Shown piece by piece: positions 37,030-47,721 of a stretch of 64,000 nucleotides of DNA; position 1 is the stretch's first letter, and each line of letters opens with the position of its first letter. The notes under the pieces are model-generated. The model made no database searches and was not told the DNA's origin. It was given only the letters and a program-made list of their open reading frames with translations. Origin of the DNA: an uncultured Actinomycetes bacterium (GTDB lineage: Bacteria; Actinomycetota; Thermoleophilia; UBA2241); contig CAVRZA010000003.1 in the NCBI GenBank assembly GCA_963725665.1, positions 32,001-96,000 on the forward strand, written 5' to 3'. The translations under genes were made by a program, and so were the position numbers.

Positions 37030-40000
37030 ATGGCGAAGAGCTTCAAGACGCGACGCGGCGCGGTTGCCGTCGATGAGTGGCTGACGGTCACGCAGGCGGC
37101 GGACCTGCTCGGCGTCGCCGCCCACACTCTGCGTGACTGGACGGCCAAGGGCGTGGTCGAGGCGAGCCGCACGGCCGGGGGCCATCGTCGCTACCGCAAG
37201 GCCGACCTCGAGCGCTTCCGTGCCGCGCGCGCCGAGGCCGACTCGCTCGATGACGTCTTCCACCGGCTGAACGAGCTCAGCACCCTGGCCGGCGTCTCGC
37301 AGGCGGTGTTCTCGGCCCTGGAGCTCGAGGAGCTGCTGCCTCTCGTCTGCCAGAAGCTGGTCGAGACCATGGGTTGCACCGGGGCGGTGATCTCCGACTT
37401 CGACGCGGAGGCCGGGGACGTGGTGACCGCTTGGGAGCACGCGACCGGCGACGCCACGTGGCGGCCGGGGACCCGGTACGCGCTGCGCGACTATCCGGCG
37501 ACGAGACGGGTCGTCGAGCGTCAGGGCTCCTACGTCGCCAACCTCAACGATCCCGCGGTCGACCCTGCCGAGCGTGACGTGCTCGTCGCGGACGGCAATC
37601 AGAGCGCGCTCGTCCTGCCGCTGGTGTACAAGGGCGAGACGATCGGCATCGTCGAGTGTTTCGACCGCGCGCGCGAGCGCAGCTACTCGCAGGGCGAGCT
37701 GGCGCTCGCGCGCGCCATCTGCGACCGCATCGCCGTGGCCGTCTACAACTCGCGCCTCTTCGATCGCCTGCGGCGGCAGAACGACGATCTCGAGCTGGTG
37801 CTGGACGCGGTCAAGGCGATCGGCTCGAGCCGCGATCTGCAAGAAGCGCTCGAGACGATCGCCCGGCGCCTGACCGAGGCGATGGACGTGGCCTGGTGCG
37901 ACATCTACGACTACGATCCGGCACGCCAGGATCTTACGGTCGTCGCCTACTACCAGGTACCCTCAGTGCCTCCATCACCCGGCTGGCTGGGGACACGCTT
38001 CACGCCCGAGGAGTGGTCCGATCTGAGGCGGGCCATCGAGCAGCACGAGACCACGCTCTTGCAGGCGAGCGATCCGACGCTGCCTGAGCCTATGCGGGCG
38101 GCGCTGGAAGCATGGAGCGAGAAGTCGACGATGACCGTCCCCCTCCTGTACGAGGGCGAGCTCGTCGGCGTGCTCGACATCGCGGAGTCGCGCTGGGAGA
38201 GGGTCTTCAGCGAGAACGACGTGCGTCTGGTGCAAGCCATCGCCGCGCAGGCGACCTCGGTGGTGCACAACATGCGGCTGTACGACCAGACGCGCCGACG
38301 TAACCGCGAGCTGCAGCTCCTTCTGGACACCGGTGAAGTCATCGCCTCGTCGATGAATCTCCCTGATGCGCTGGGCAAGGTGACCGAGTGGCTGACTCAT
38401 GCCCTCGACGTGGCGTGGGCGGACATCTACGAGTACGACCCGGGCAGCGACGAGCTGAGGGTCCTGGCCTTCTACCAGATCGAAGGCGTGCCCTCCTCCG
38501 AGGGTTGGCTGGACACGAGCATCCCGAGCGACCTCCTGAGCGAATGGCACCGCAGCATCCACGAGCGTTGCGCGGTCACCGTCTACGCAGAGGATCCCCG
38601 CCTGCCGGCGCGAGATCTGGCCGAGATGGAGAAGTGGGGGGAGCGCGCGACGCTGGTCGTACCCCTCATCTACCGTGAGGAGGTCATCGGCCTGCTCGAC
38701 GTCGCCGAGTCTCGCTTTCAGCGTCGTTTCGGCGAGGAGGAGGCGCGGCTCGTCTTGGCGATCGCCAACCAGCTCGGCTTGGCCGTCCACAATCTGAGGC
38801 TCTTCGAGGCGACGCGCCGTCGCAGCGAGGAGCTCGCCGCCGCGCTGCGTATCACCGAGACCGTCACCTCGAGCAGCGATGTCGACACGGTACTGCACAC
38901 CGTCGTGAGCACGCTGCGCGAGTCCCTCAATCTATCGTGGTGCGAGATCTACGACTTCGATCCCGCCTCCGGCATCCTTAGCCTCGCGGCGCACTCGTAC
39001 CTGGAGCCACTCGACCTCGGAGACTGGGACGGCGTCTATTCGATCGACGAGGCCCCCACGCTGGCCGGCGCGGTCGCCGAGAAGCGGCCCCTCGTGGCCT
39101 ATGTCGACGATCCCGCGCTGCCCCCCGACACGCGCGCTGACATGCAGCGCTGGGGCGACAAGGCTTCGCTCTACGTGCCCATGGTCTACGGCGGGGAAGT
39201 GGTCGGCGTCGTCTACGGCGCCGAGGTCCGAGGCCTGCGGCGCTTCAGCGCCGACGACATACGGCTGGCGACGCTCATGGCGGCGCAGGCGGCCGCAGTC
39301 ATCGAGACGGCCCGGGGGCGAGCGCGCGAGCTCGCCGATCGCGAGCAGCTCGCACGCTTCAACCGCCGTCTGAACAGCCTCGTCGAGTTCTCCTCCGAGA
39401 TGCGCGGCCTCGTCGAGGTCGACGACCTGGTGGCCTTGCTCGGGCGTGTCGTCACTGAGGCGCTCGAGCTGCGGCAGTGGGCGCTCTACCTGCACGACGC
39501 CGAGAGTGACAGCTTCAGGGTGAGCGGTGCGTTGGGCGTAGACCGCGCGATGAGCGACCACTACAAGGGGCTCGTCGTCCCGGCAGCCGCTCTGAGGGGA
39601 CTGATCGCCGACGCCACACCGATCTCGTCGTCGTTCTTCGTCGATCATCGCGTCCATACCTGGAGCGATGAGGAGAACGCCTTCTTCAAGGCGGTCGATT
39701 TCGGCAGCGGCATCGACGGGGAGTGGCACACTGAGGACACTCTCTTCGTCCCCATGGTCAGCGAGAAAGGCCAGCTTATCGGCTACCTCGAGGCGTACGA
39801 TCCCGTCGACCGGCAGCTCCCCAGCGAGGAGCTGGTGCGGCACCTCGAGGTGTTCGCCGGCAAGGCCGCGAGCACGCTGGAGCTGCTGCGGCTCTACGGT
39901 CAGCTCGAGGAGCAGGCCACGACCGACGGTCTCACCGGCCTCTACAACCACCGTCACCTCCTTCAGCGTGTCGAGGAGGAGGTCGCCAAAGCGCGGCGCT

Positions 40001-40473
40001 ACGGCACGCCGGTGTCGCTCCTCATGATCGACATCGACGACTTCAAGCCCTTCAACGACACGTACGGCCATCCTCAAGGCGACAAGCTGCTGCAGGAGAT
40101 GGCCGACATACTGCGCGCCGGGGTGCGCCAGCAGGTCGACCTGGTGGCGCGCTACGGGGGGGAGGAGTTCGTCGTGCTTCTGCCGAGCACCCCCTCGGGA
40201 GGGGCCGAGGTGGCCGCCGAACGTCTGCGCGAGGACATCCGCGACCCGCGCACCGCCGAGGCGGTCGCTGAGGCCATCCGCTCGGCCATGGCGAACAGCC
40301 GCTTCGAGGGATACCCGCGGCGCAAGGAGGTGCCGGTGACGGTGAGCATCGGCGTCGCCTCGTACCCGAGCCACGCCGCCGATGCGAAGGAGCTCATCGT
40401 CAACTCCGACCGGGCGCTCTACGTGGCGAAGCGTCAGGGTAAGAACCAGACCTGCGTGTACGGCGTCGACTGA
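37030..40473 (+). CDS. diguanylate cyclase with N-terminal MerR/BldC-like HTH and about five GAF domains
   Basis: LTVTQAADLLGV...RTAGGHRRY; repeated GAF motifs (VPLxYxGE.IG); TDGLTGLYN, DIDDFK, ARYGGEEF. Confidence 0.92.
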   Translation: MAKSFKTRRGAVAVDEWLTVTQAADLLGVAAHTLRDWTAKGVVEASRTAGGHRRYRKADLERFRAARAEADSLDDVFHRLNELSTLAGVSQAVFSALELEELLPLVCQKLVETMGCTGAVISDFDAEAGDVVTAWEHATGDATWRPGTRYALRDYPATRRVVERQGSYVANLNDPAVDPAERDVLVADGNQSALVLPLVYKGETIGIVECFDRARERSYSQGELALARAICDRIAVAVYNSRLFDRLRRQNDDLELVLDAVKAIGSSRDLQEALETIARRLTEAMDVAWCDIYDYDPARQDLTVVAYYQVPSVPPSPGWLGTRFTPEEWSDLRRAIEQHETTLLQASDPTLPEPMRAALEAWSEKSTMTVPLLYEGELVGVLDIAESRWERVFSENDVRLVQAIAAQATSVVHNMRLYDQTRRRNRELQLLLDTGEVIASSMNLPDALGKVTEWLTHALDVAWADIYEYDPGSDELRVLAFYQIEGVPSSEGWLDTSIPSDLLSEWHRSIHERCAVTVYAEDPRLPARDLAEMEKWGERATLVVPLIYREEVIGLLDVAESRFQRRFGEEEARLVLAIANQLGLAVHNLRLFEATRRRSEELAAALRITETVTSSSDVDTVLHTVVSTLRESLNLSWCEIYDFDPASGILSLAAHSYLEPLDLGDWDGVYSIDEAPTLAGAVAEKRPLVAYVDDPALPPDTRADMQRWGDKASLYVPMVYGGEVVGVVYGAEVRGLRRFSADDIRLATLMAAQAAAVIETARGRARELADREQLARFNRRLNSLVEFSSEMRGLVEVDDLVALLGRVVTEALELRQWALYLHDAESDSFRVSGALGVDRAMSDHYKGLVVPAAALRGLIADATPISSSFFVDHRVHTWSDEENAFFKAVDFGSGIDGEWHTEDTLFVPMVSEKGQLIGYLEAYDPVDRQLPSEELVRHLEVFAGKAASTLELLRLYGQLEEQATTDGLTGLYNHRHLLQRVEEEVAKARRYGTPVSLLMIDIDDFKPFNDTYGHPQGDKLLQEMADILRAGVRQQVDLVARYGGEEFVVLLPSTPSGGAEVAAERLREDIRDPRTAEAVAEAIRSAMANSRFEGYPRRKEVPVTVSIGVASYPSHAADAKELIVNSDRALYVAKRQGKNQTCVYGVD

Positions 40474-40629
40474 CGGGCCGGCACCCGGCGACCCGTCGGA
40501 CGCGGTCGCTCACGCTGGCTAAAAGCGCTGCCGGTTTCTTGCCGTCGGCGTGGATCGCCCGCCACCTTCTGGCGTGCAAGCGCCGGACTCGGTGGTTTTC
40601 TCCTATGCCCATAGGGGTAATGCGCGAGC

Positions 40630-41349
40630 ATGGGATTCACCGATATGCACGCTCACTTCTTGCCCGGCGTCGACGATGGCCCCGCGACGCTCGCGGCGGC
40701 CCTTGACGCGGTGCAGACCGCCGTCGAGGGCGGCACGAGCGTCGCGTTCGCGACGCCGCACATCAGCCGAACGGCTCCCTTCAGCCCCGAGCGGCGCCGA
40801 TTGATTGCTCGGCGCTACGCCCTCGTGCTCGAGGCCATCGAGCAAGCCGAGCTGCCGCTCGACCTCCGGCTCGGCTACGAAGTGACGCCGTGGTCAGAGC
40901 TCCTGCAGGTCGATCCTCGTGCCCTGTGTCTCGGTGACCTGCCGTTCGTGCTCGTCGACTGCCCGTTCGTGGGGTGGCGCGACGAGATCGGCCCCTTCCT
41001 CGACCACGTAAGCGCGCACGGTCTGCAGCCGATCCTCGCCCATCCCGAGCGCAACGATCTCATTCAGTACCACGTCGAGCTGCTCGAACCCTGGCGGCGG
41101 CGCGCTCTGTTGCAGGTCAACGGGTCGAGCCTGCTGGATCAGCACGGCGAGCGGGCGCGGGCGGCGGCGACAGAGATCGTCACGCGGGGCTGGGCTGCGT
41201 TCATCGCCTCCGACGGTCACGGCAGCGAAGGCCGGCCACACCGCATCGACCAGGCCTACGAGGTCGCGAGGCGCTCCGTCGGAGACGGTGCCCTCGGCCT
41301 CGTCACCGGCGTCGCCCTGGGCGAGCCGGCGCGGCAGCAAGCTTCGTAG
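40630..41349 (+). CDS. CpsB/CapC PHP-family protein-tyrosine phosphatase
   Basis: DMHAHFLPGVDDG, ATPH, ILAHPERN, ASDGH. Confidence 0.88.
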   Translation: MGFTDMHAHFLPGVDDGPATLAAALDAVQTAVEGGTSVAFATPHISRTAPFSPERRRLIARRYALVLEAIEQAELPLDLRLGYEVTPWSELLQVDPRALCLGDLPFVLVDCPFVGWRDEIGPFLDHVSAHGLQPILAHPERNDLIQYHVELLEPWRRRALLQVNGSSLLDQHGERARAAATEIVTRGWAAFIASDGHGSEGRPHRIDQAYEVARRSVGDGALGLVTGVALGEPARQQAS

Positions 41350-41444
41350 CGCCGGTCATCCTCCTCGGTGAGCCGGTCCTCACGGTCGGCGGAAGGCACC
41401 CGTCGTCGCGGCCGCTTGGAGGGGCAGTATCCTCGCCTTCTGTT

Positions 41445-42293
41445 TCACGCGATCGCCTCGGCGCGCAGCGTCTGTTCGCGCCAGCGACAGCACGGGACGG
41501 GGCACGTCGCCATACGGACCGTGTCGCAGATCTCGCAGCGCACGGCGGCGAGCGAGATGGGGAGGTCGAACAGCGAGCGCGCCTCCGAGCCGGCGAGGCC
41601 CGTCGCTGCGTGCAAGGCGGCCGAGACGGCCTTCATGTCTTCGAGACGGTCGGCGCCCTCGGGCAGGTCGACGAGACCCATGCGCACGGCCCGCTTGCGC
41701 ACGCGCCCGTCGGGCAGAAACGCGGAGCGGGCCAGGCCGTCGGCCGGCCACAGCTCGTAGCGCAGCATCTCGCGCACGGTCCAGAAGGCGCGCGACTTGA
41801 GCGTCCCCCCCGAGGCGGCGTGCAACACATCGACGACATCGACGGGATCGGCCGGTCGAGGCAGGAGCTGCGACCAGGTCTGACGGCGCTCGGCGAGGCG
41901 CACGAAGTCGATCACCTTGCCGCGGCTGTCGCTGCGCGAGACCGGCGGCGAGACGGCGAAGCGGGCGAGGTCGAAGGAGCCCTCGTAGACCTGGTCGATG
42001 AGACCGGCCGACAGGAGGCGCCGCCAATCGGCCTGCACGACGGCTTCGGGGGCCGGCTGCGCGGCGAGGGCGGCGTAGCAGAGCAGCGTGAAGAAGATGC
42101 GTCGCTGCTCGGCCACGCCGCCCTCGCCGAAGCGCCGCCGCGCGTCGTCGTCGAGCACGTCGAACGGCCGCCTCTCGGATGCCTTGTAGGCATCGACGAG
42201 GTAGGCGACGATGCTGCGCCGCTGTTCGTTGGTGAGTGGTTCGAGTGCCTCCACCGCTGCCTCCCGCTCTTGTGTGGTCCAGGACACCCTCAC
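41445..42293 (-). CDS. hypothetical protein, possibly HhH-GPD-like, with Cys-rich C-terminus
   Basis: KSRAFWTVREM...LPDGRVRKRAVRMGL...FDLP; C-terminal CEIC...CPVPCC. Confidence 0.55.
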   Translation of the reverse strand: MRVSWTTQEREAAVEALEPLTNEQRRSIVAYLVDAYKASERRPFDVLDDDARRRFGEGGVAEQRRIFFTLLCYAALAAQPAPEAVVQADWRRLLSAGLIDQVYEGSFDLARFAVSPPVSRSDSRGKVIDFVRLAERRQTWSQLLPRPADPVDVVDVLHAASGGTLKSRAFWTVREMLRYELWPADGLARSAFLPDGRVRKRAVRMGLVDLPEGADRLEDMKAVSAALHAATGLAGSEARSLFDLPISLAAVRCEICDTVRMATCPVPCCRWREQTLRAEAIA

Positions 42294-42660
42294 CGTAGAC
42301 CTCGGCCGTGACCGGCGACAGATGACGAAGCGGCGGGCGGGATGACGTGGGCGGCGAGCGGCGGTACACAACACCGCCGCTCGCCGCGACCGGCGTCGGC
42401 CGACCTCGGACCGGCAACGGTTGACTCCAAATCAGGATGATATTAGTCTCTTTTAGCCGGCGGGAGCAGCCGGGCTCGATGGGCGAGTGGAGTGTCCGGA
42501 GACGACACGGCTCTCCTGAGGCGAGAGGCGTGTCCGGAACGACGCGCTTCTTTCGCGGGCGAGGCGTGGGTCTGGAGTCACACGCCTTGCCCAAAACGAC
42601 TTCGCATACTAACCTTTGTCGGTTGCGCTCACGCTCGCCGGAGGTGGATCCCAGCAGGAC

Positions 42661-45600
42661 ATGGCGTATCTCGGCATAGATATCGGCTGTATCAGCCTCA
42701 AGGCCGCGCTCGTAGGCGCTCCCGACGAGGCAGAGCTCTTCTCCCGACTCGCATCGACCTCCCCCGACCTCTTCTACACGCCCTCCACAGACGTCGCTAT
42801 GGCCGGGGACAGGCCCGTCCTGGTGAGCGCCTACCGGCGCATCAAGGGAAGTCCCAGCGAGGCGACCAGGGGCCTGCTCGACCAGCTGCTGCGCGTCTTG
42901 CCGGAGGAGGCCATCGCCGGCATCCGCGTCACCGGCTCGGGCGGCAGGCTCATCGGTCAGGCCCTGCACGCCTCGTTCGAGAACGAGTTCAAGGCCATCG
43001 CGCGGGGACTCGCGGCGCTGCATCCCGACGTCGTGACCGTCTTCGAGATGGGCGGCGAGACCTCGAAGTACATCCGCCTTGACACCGACGCCACGTCAGG
43101 ACGCGTGGGCATCGCCGACTACCAGACGAACGGCGACTGCGCCGCCGGGACGGGCTCCTTCATGGACCAGCAGGCGAGCCGGCTCCTCTACGACATCGAG
43201 GACGTCGGCGGCGTCGTGCTCGACGCGGGGAAGGCGGCGTCGATCGCCGGCCGCTGCAGCGTTTTCGCCAAGTCCGACATGATCCACGCGCAGCAGAAGG
43301 GCTATCAGCCCCCCGAGGTGCTCAAGGGCCTCTGCGACGCGGTGATCCGCAATTTCAAGGGCAGCATCACCAAGGGCAAGAGGGTCGACCCGCCCATCGC
43401 CTTCATCGGCGGCGTGGCCGCCAACGGGGGGGCCGTCCAGGCCGTGCGCGACGCCTTCGAGCTGACCGACGGACAGCTTCTCATTCCTGAGCTTTACGCC
43501 TGGATGGGCGCCGTGGGTGCGGCGCTGATCGAGGCCGACGAGGCGGCCGGAGAACACGACCGCGTGATCTTCGCTCTCGACGCTCTGCCGCCGGCCGAGT
43601 TCCCCTTCGCCGAACCGCTGGTGATGGACAAGGTGCTCTTGTTGCGCGATCTGGCCAAGCCCTACGAGCTGCCCGACGAGGGCGTCATCGACGTGTACCT
43701 CGGCATCGACGTCGGCTCTGTCTCCACCAACCTGGTCGTCGCCGACCAGCACGGCGAGGTCATCAAGGCCATCTACACGAAGACCGACGCGCGGCCCGTC
43801 GAGGTCGTCAACAAGGGGCTGGCCGAGATCCGCGACGAGCTCGGCGACCGCATCCGCGTGGTCGGCGCCGGCACGACGGGCTCGGGGCGGGAGCTCATCG
43901 GCGAGCTCTGCGGCGCCGATCTGATCACCGACGAGATCACCGCGCACAAGACGGGCGCCAACCACGTCGCCGCGCAGATCGGGCGCCAAGTCGACACGAT
44001 CTTCGAGATCGGCGGGCAGGACTCCAAGTTCATCAGCCTGCAGGACGGCATCGTCGTCGACTTCGCCATGAACGAAGCCTGCGCCGCCGGTACGGGGTCG
44101 TTCCTCGAGGAGCAAGCCGAGAAGCTCGACATCAACATCATCGGCGAGTTCGCCGAGATGGCTCTCGCCTCGACGAGCCCCATCCGCCTCGGAGAGCGCT
44201 GCACGGTCTTCATGGAGCGCGACGTGATGAGCTACAAGATGCGCGGCGCGGCCAAGGAGGACCTCGTCGGCGGTCTCGCTTACTCGATCGCTTACAACTA
44301 CCTGAACCGCCTCGTGCGCGAGCGCAAGATCGGCGACTGCATCTTCTTCCAGGGCGGCACCGCCTACAACGACTCGGTGGCCGCGGCCTTCTCGATGATC
44401 CTCGGCAAGGAGATCATCGTGCCGCCCCACAACGGGGTGATCGGTGCGATCGGGATGGCCCTCCTGGCTCGCGAGCGCATGCAGCGCACGCACGAGCTGA
44501 CGAAGTTCCGCGGCTGGGACCTCGAGGCCGTCGACTACACGGTGAAGGACTTCGTCTGCAAGGGCTGCACCAACGAGTGCGACGTGCGCCAGTTCACCAT
44601 CGAGGGCGAGAAGACCTACTGGGGCGACAAGTGTTCCGACCGTTACCGCAAGCGCGTCAAGGTCGACAAGGAGCCGGTGATCGCGGACCTCATCGCCTTG
44701 CGCGAGGAGGCCATGTTCGAGTACTACCAGCGGGCGGCCGAGCGCAGCGAGGCCGCGCAGAAGACGGTGGGACTGTCGCGCGCGATGTACACGTTCGACC
44801 GCCTGCCCTTCTGGGCGACGTTCTTCGCCGAGCTCGGGTTCAAGCCGCTCCTCTCACCCGAGACCGACCGCGTGATCAGAGAACGTGGGGTCGACGCCAC
44901 CGTCGCCGAGCCCTGCTTCCCGATCCGCGTCGCCCACGGCCACGTCGAAGTGCTCGGCGAGGCCGGCGTCGACCACATCTTCCTGCCCAACCAGGTCAAC
45001 GAGGAGACCGAGTTCCCCGAGGTCAACTCGCACGCCTGCCCGTGGGGTCAGACGCTGCCCTTCGTCGTGCGCGCCGCGCCTCGTGTCGAGCAGTACCGCG
45101 ACCGCATCCTCAGCCCCCTGGTGCGCTTCCGCGACGGTATCGACGGGCTCGTGAGGGACTTCGCGCCGACGGCCAAGGAGCTGGGCGTCCCGAGCCGGGC
45201 CGTGCGCCCGGCGTTCGAGCGCGCCGCCGCCGTGCAGGACGAGTTCCGGCGCCGGCTGCTCGACGCCGGCACCGAGGCGCTGGTCGCCCTCAAGGAGAGC
45301 GGCGATCTGGGCATCGTGCTCATAGGACGCCCGTACAACATGTACGACAAGGGCATCAACATGGACATCCCGCGCAAGCTGCGCAAGTTCTACGGCGTCA
45401 ACGTGATCCCCCTCGACTTCCTGCCGCTGAGCGGCATCGACATTCGTGGCGTGGTGCCCAACATGTTCTGGAACTACGGGCGCAAGATCCTCCAGGCGGC
45501 CAGCTTCGTCGCCCGTCACGACAAGCTGCACATCATCTACCTGACGAACTTCAAGTGCGGGCCCGACTCCTACATCAAGCACTACGTGCGCACGGCCTCG

Positions 45601-45807
45601 GGCAAGCCCTTCCTCTCACTGCAGTTCGACGAGCACCAGAACGACGCCGGGGCCATGACGCGCTGTGAGGCCTACCTCGACAGCAAGGGCTTCCTGCGCT
45701 GGTGGTCACAGCCCGAAGAGGAGCTCTCCGCCGCCGAGGCCGATGCGGCATACGTCGGCGGCAGCGAGTCGCGCCGCAGCGACGAGTTGAGCGAGCGTCT
45801 CGTCTAG
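42661..45807 (+). CDS. acyl-CoA dehydratase activase (two BadF/BcrAD ATPase domains plus DUF2229)
   Basis: GIDIG, CAAGTGSF twice, CSVFAKSD/CTVFMERD, CKGCTNEC, PCFP, CPWGQ, FKCGPDS. Confidence 0.92.
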   Translation: MAYLGIDIGCISLKAALVGAPDEAELFSRLASTSPDLFYTPSTDVAMAGDRPVLVSAYRRIKGSPSEATRGLLDQLLRVLPEEAIAGIRVTGSGGRLIGQALHASFENEFKAIARGLAALHPDVVTVFEMGGETSKYIRLDTDATSGRVGIADYQTNGDCAAGTGSFMDQQASRLLYDIEDVGGVVLDAGKAASIAGRCSVFAKSDMIHAQQKGYQPPEVLKGLCDAVIRNFKGSITKGKRVDPPIAFIGGVAANGGAVQAVRDAFELTDGQLLIPELYAWMGAVGAALIEADEAAGEHDRVIFALDALPPAEFPFAEPLVMDKVLLLRDLAKPYELPDEGVIDVYLGIDVGSVSTNLVVADQHGEVIKAIYTKTDARPVEVVNKGLAEIRDELGDRIRVVGAGTTGSGRELIGELCGADLITDEITAHKTGANHVAAQIGRQVDTIFEIGGQDSKFISLQDGIVVDFAMNEACAAGTGSFLEEQAEKLDINIIGEFAEMALASTSPIRLGERCTVFMERDVMSYKMRGAAKEDLVGGLAYSIAYNYLNRLVRERKIGDCIFFQGGTAYNDSVAAAFSMILGKEIIVPPHNGVIGAIGMALLARERMQRTHELTKFRGWDLEAVDYTVKDFVCKGCTNECDVRQFTIEGEKTYWGDKCSDRYRKRVKVDKEPVIADLIALREEAMFEYYQRAAERSEAAQKTVGLSRAMYTFDRLPFWATFFAELGFKPLLSPETDRVIRERGVDATVAEPCFPIRVAHGHVEVLGEAGVDHIFLPNQVNEETEFPEVNSHACPWGQTLPFVVRAAPRVEQYRDRILSPLVRFRDGIDGLVRDFAPTAKELGVPSRAVRPAFERAAAVQDEFRRRLLDAGTEALVALKESGDLGIVLIGRPYNMYDKGINMDIPRKLRKFYGVNVIPLDFLPLSGIDIRGVVPNMFWNYGRKILQAASFVARHDKLHIIYLTNFKCGPDSYIKHYVRTASGKPFLSLQFDEHQNDAGAMTRCEAYLDSKGFLRWWSQPEEELSAAEADAAYVGGSESRRSDELSERLV

Positions 45808-47178
45808 ATGGGGACGGAGATGGCGACGGGCGGCAACGGCAAGAGCAGACACGCGAGTGGCGACGAGCGCCTGCAGCAGGTCGTTGCTCAGTTCGGCCTC
45901 GAGGGGCGCACACTCTACCTGCCGCAGATGCCCTACGGCGGCAGCGTCCTGCTGGCGGCGGCCATTAGGTCGATCGGCGTCGAGGCGCGCGTGACCCCCG
46001 ACTCCACCGATCACTCGCAGGAGCTGGGCGGCAAGGTGACCTCGGGCGACGAGTGCTACCCGCAGAAGATCACCGTCGGTGACTTCCTCGGCCTGCTCGA
46101 GACGGGCGACCGCGACAAGATCGCCTTCCTCATGCCGACGGCCAACGGACCGTGCCGTTTCGGCCAGTACATGCACCTCATCAGGCGCACGCTCGACGAC
46201 CTGGGCTACGACGACGTGCCCGTGATCACCATCACCTCCAACGACGGCTACTCGTCGATCGGGCAGTACTCGCGCGACCTTATCCGCACCGCGTGGCGAG
46301 CCGTCGTGGCGCAGGACATCCTCATGAAGCTGTTGCTCAAGACGCGGCCCTACGAGGTCAAGAAGGGCGTGACCGACGCGGTCTACCACGCGAGCCTCGC
46401 CGACGTCGACGCCGCCCTCGAGCTGCAGGACGTCTCGCACAAGGAACGCCTGGCGGCCATCCTCGCCGCGCTCGAACGGTCGCGTGAGCGCTTCCGCGCC
46501 CTCGACATCGACTTCGACGCCTCGCGCCCGCTCATCGGCATCGTGGGCGAGATCTTCTGCCGCCTCAACACCTTCGCCAACGCCGATCTGATCAGGCTGA
46601 TCGAGGAGCACGGTGGCGAGTGCTGGCTCTCCGACGTTTCGGAGTGGGTGTGGTACGTCGACGACGAGCACAAGCGGCGCCTGGTCAAGGAGCATCGCGT
46701 GCTCACCGGTGAGAGCCTGGGGCGCTGGATCAGGGCCTCGGTGCAGCGCTCCGACGAGCTCGCGCTCCTAGCGCCCTTCGCCGAGGAGTTCGTGGGCTAC
46801 GAGGAGGCGCACGACGTGCGCGAGGTCCTGGAGCTGAGCCACCCCTACCTGCCGTACACGGGAGCGCTCGGCGAGATGGTGCTGAGCACGGGCAAGAGCG
46901 TCTACCTGTACCGCAAGGGCGCCGACGGGATCATCGACATCAGCCCCTTTACCTGCATGAACGGCATCGTGACCGAGGCCATCTATCCCCTCGTGCAGCG
47001 CGACTGCGACGACATCCCCATCCGCACCTTCTACTTCGACGGCACCCAGAGCGACCTCGAGCGCGACATCGGTATCTTCCTCGAGCTCGCCAAGACCTAT
47101 CAGCGGCGCAAGAAGACCGTGCGCCGGTTCCCGGCCACGTTAGCGGCAGCAGCCGGCGACGTGCCGGCCGCCGTCTGA
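45808..47178 (+). CDS. 2-hydroxyacyl-CoA dehydratase-like partner of the activase
   Basis: GDECYP, GPCRFGQY, VGEIFCR, PFTCMNG. Confidence 0.8.
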   Translation: MGTEMATGGNGKSRHASGDERLQQVVAQFGLEGRTLYLPQMPYGGSVLLAAAIRSIGVEARVTPDSTDHSQELGGKVTSGDECYPQKITVGDFLGLLETGDRDKIAFLMPTANGPCRFGQYMHLIRRTLDDLGYDDVPVITITSNDGYSSIGQYSRDLIRTAWRAVVAQDILMKLLLKTRPYEVKKGVTDAVYHASLADVDAALELQDVSHKERLAAILAALERSRERFRALDIDFDASRPLIGIVGEIFCRLNTFANADLIRLIEEHGGECWLSDVSEWVWYVDDEHKRRLVKEHRVLTGESLGRWIRASVQRSDELALLAPFAEEFVGYEEAHDVREVLELSHPYLPYTGALGEMVLSTGKSVYLYRKGADGIIDISPFTCMNGIVTEAIYPLVQRDCDDIPIRTFYFDGTQSDLERDIGIFLELAKTYQRRKKTVRRFPATLAAAAGDVPAAV

Positions 47179-47238
47179 AGTCCGGTCACACGCGTTCGGC
47201 ACGCGCCGGTGCGCATACTCGAGCAGGAGGGGGAGCCA

Positions 47239-47559
47239 GTGGGCACAGAGCAGCCGGTCGTTGCCGACCTCGAGGCGATGGTGCAGATCGCCGACAGCGG
47301 CATCGTCAGCAAGAGCATCGTCGAGAACGAGCACCACAAGATCATCCTCTTCTGCCTGGCCAAGGGTCAGGAGCTCTCGGAGCACACGGCCAGTGTGCCG
47401 GCGATGATCCACGTGCTTCGTGGCAGGGGCACCGTGAAGCTCGGCGACACAGTCTATGAGGGGCGGCCCGGAAAGCTGCACTACATGCCGGCCGAGATGA
47501 AACACGCCGTAGTGGCCGAGGACGAGCTGGTCTTCCTGCTCATCATGTTCCGCACCTGA
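47239..47559 (+). CDS. cupin domain protein
   Basis: GQELSEHTA...VLRG...MPAEMKHAV. Confidence 0.85.
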   Translation: MGTEQPVVADLEAMVQIADSGIVSKSIVENEHHKIILFCLAKGQELSEHTASVPAMIHVLRGRGTVKLGDTVYEGRPGKLHYMPAEMKHAVVAEDELVFLLIMFRT

Positions 47560-47651
47560 TCTCGCTCGAGAAGACTTCTGAGCACCTTCGGCTGAGCCTC
47601 CCGGCTCGGCAGCATCTTGGCAGCGGCACGTGTCGATCCGCCCGGCGCGGT

Positions 47652-47669
47652 TGAGTACATCTGTACTCA
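47652..47669. promoter_or_regulatory. palindromic operator upstream of the TA operon
   Basis: TGAGTACA-TC-TGTACTCA; an extra GAGTACA half-site at 47675 overlaps a TACAAT -10-like hexamer. Confidence 0.65.
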
Positions 47670-47721
47670 GAGTGGAGTACAATCGACCTCTGGTCACCGG
47701 TGTCGCACAGAGGTGGTCGCT

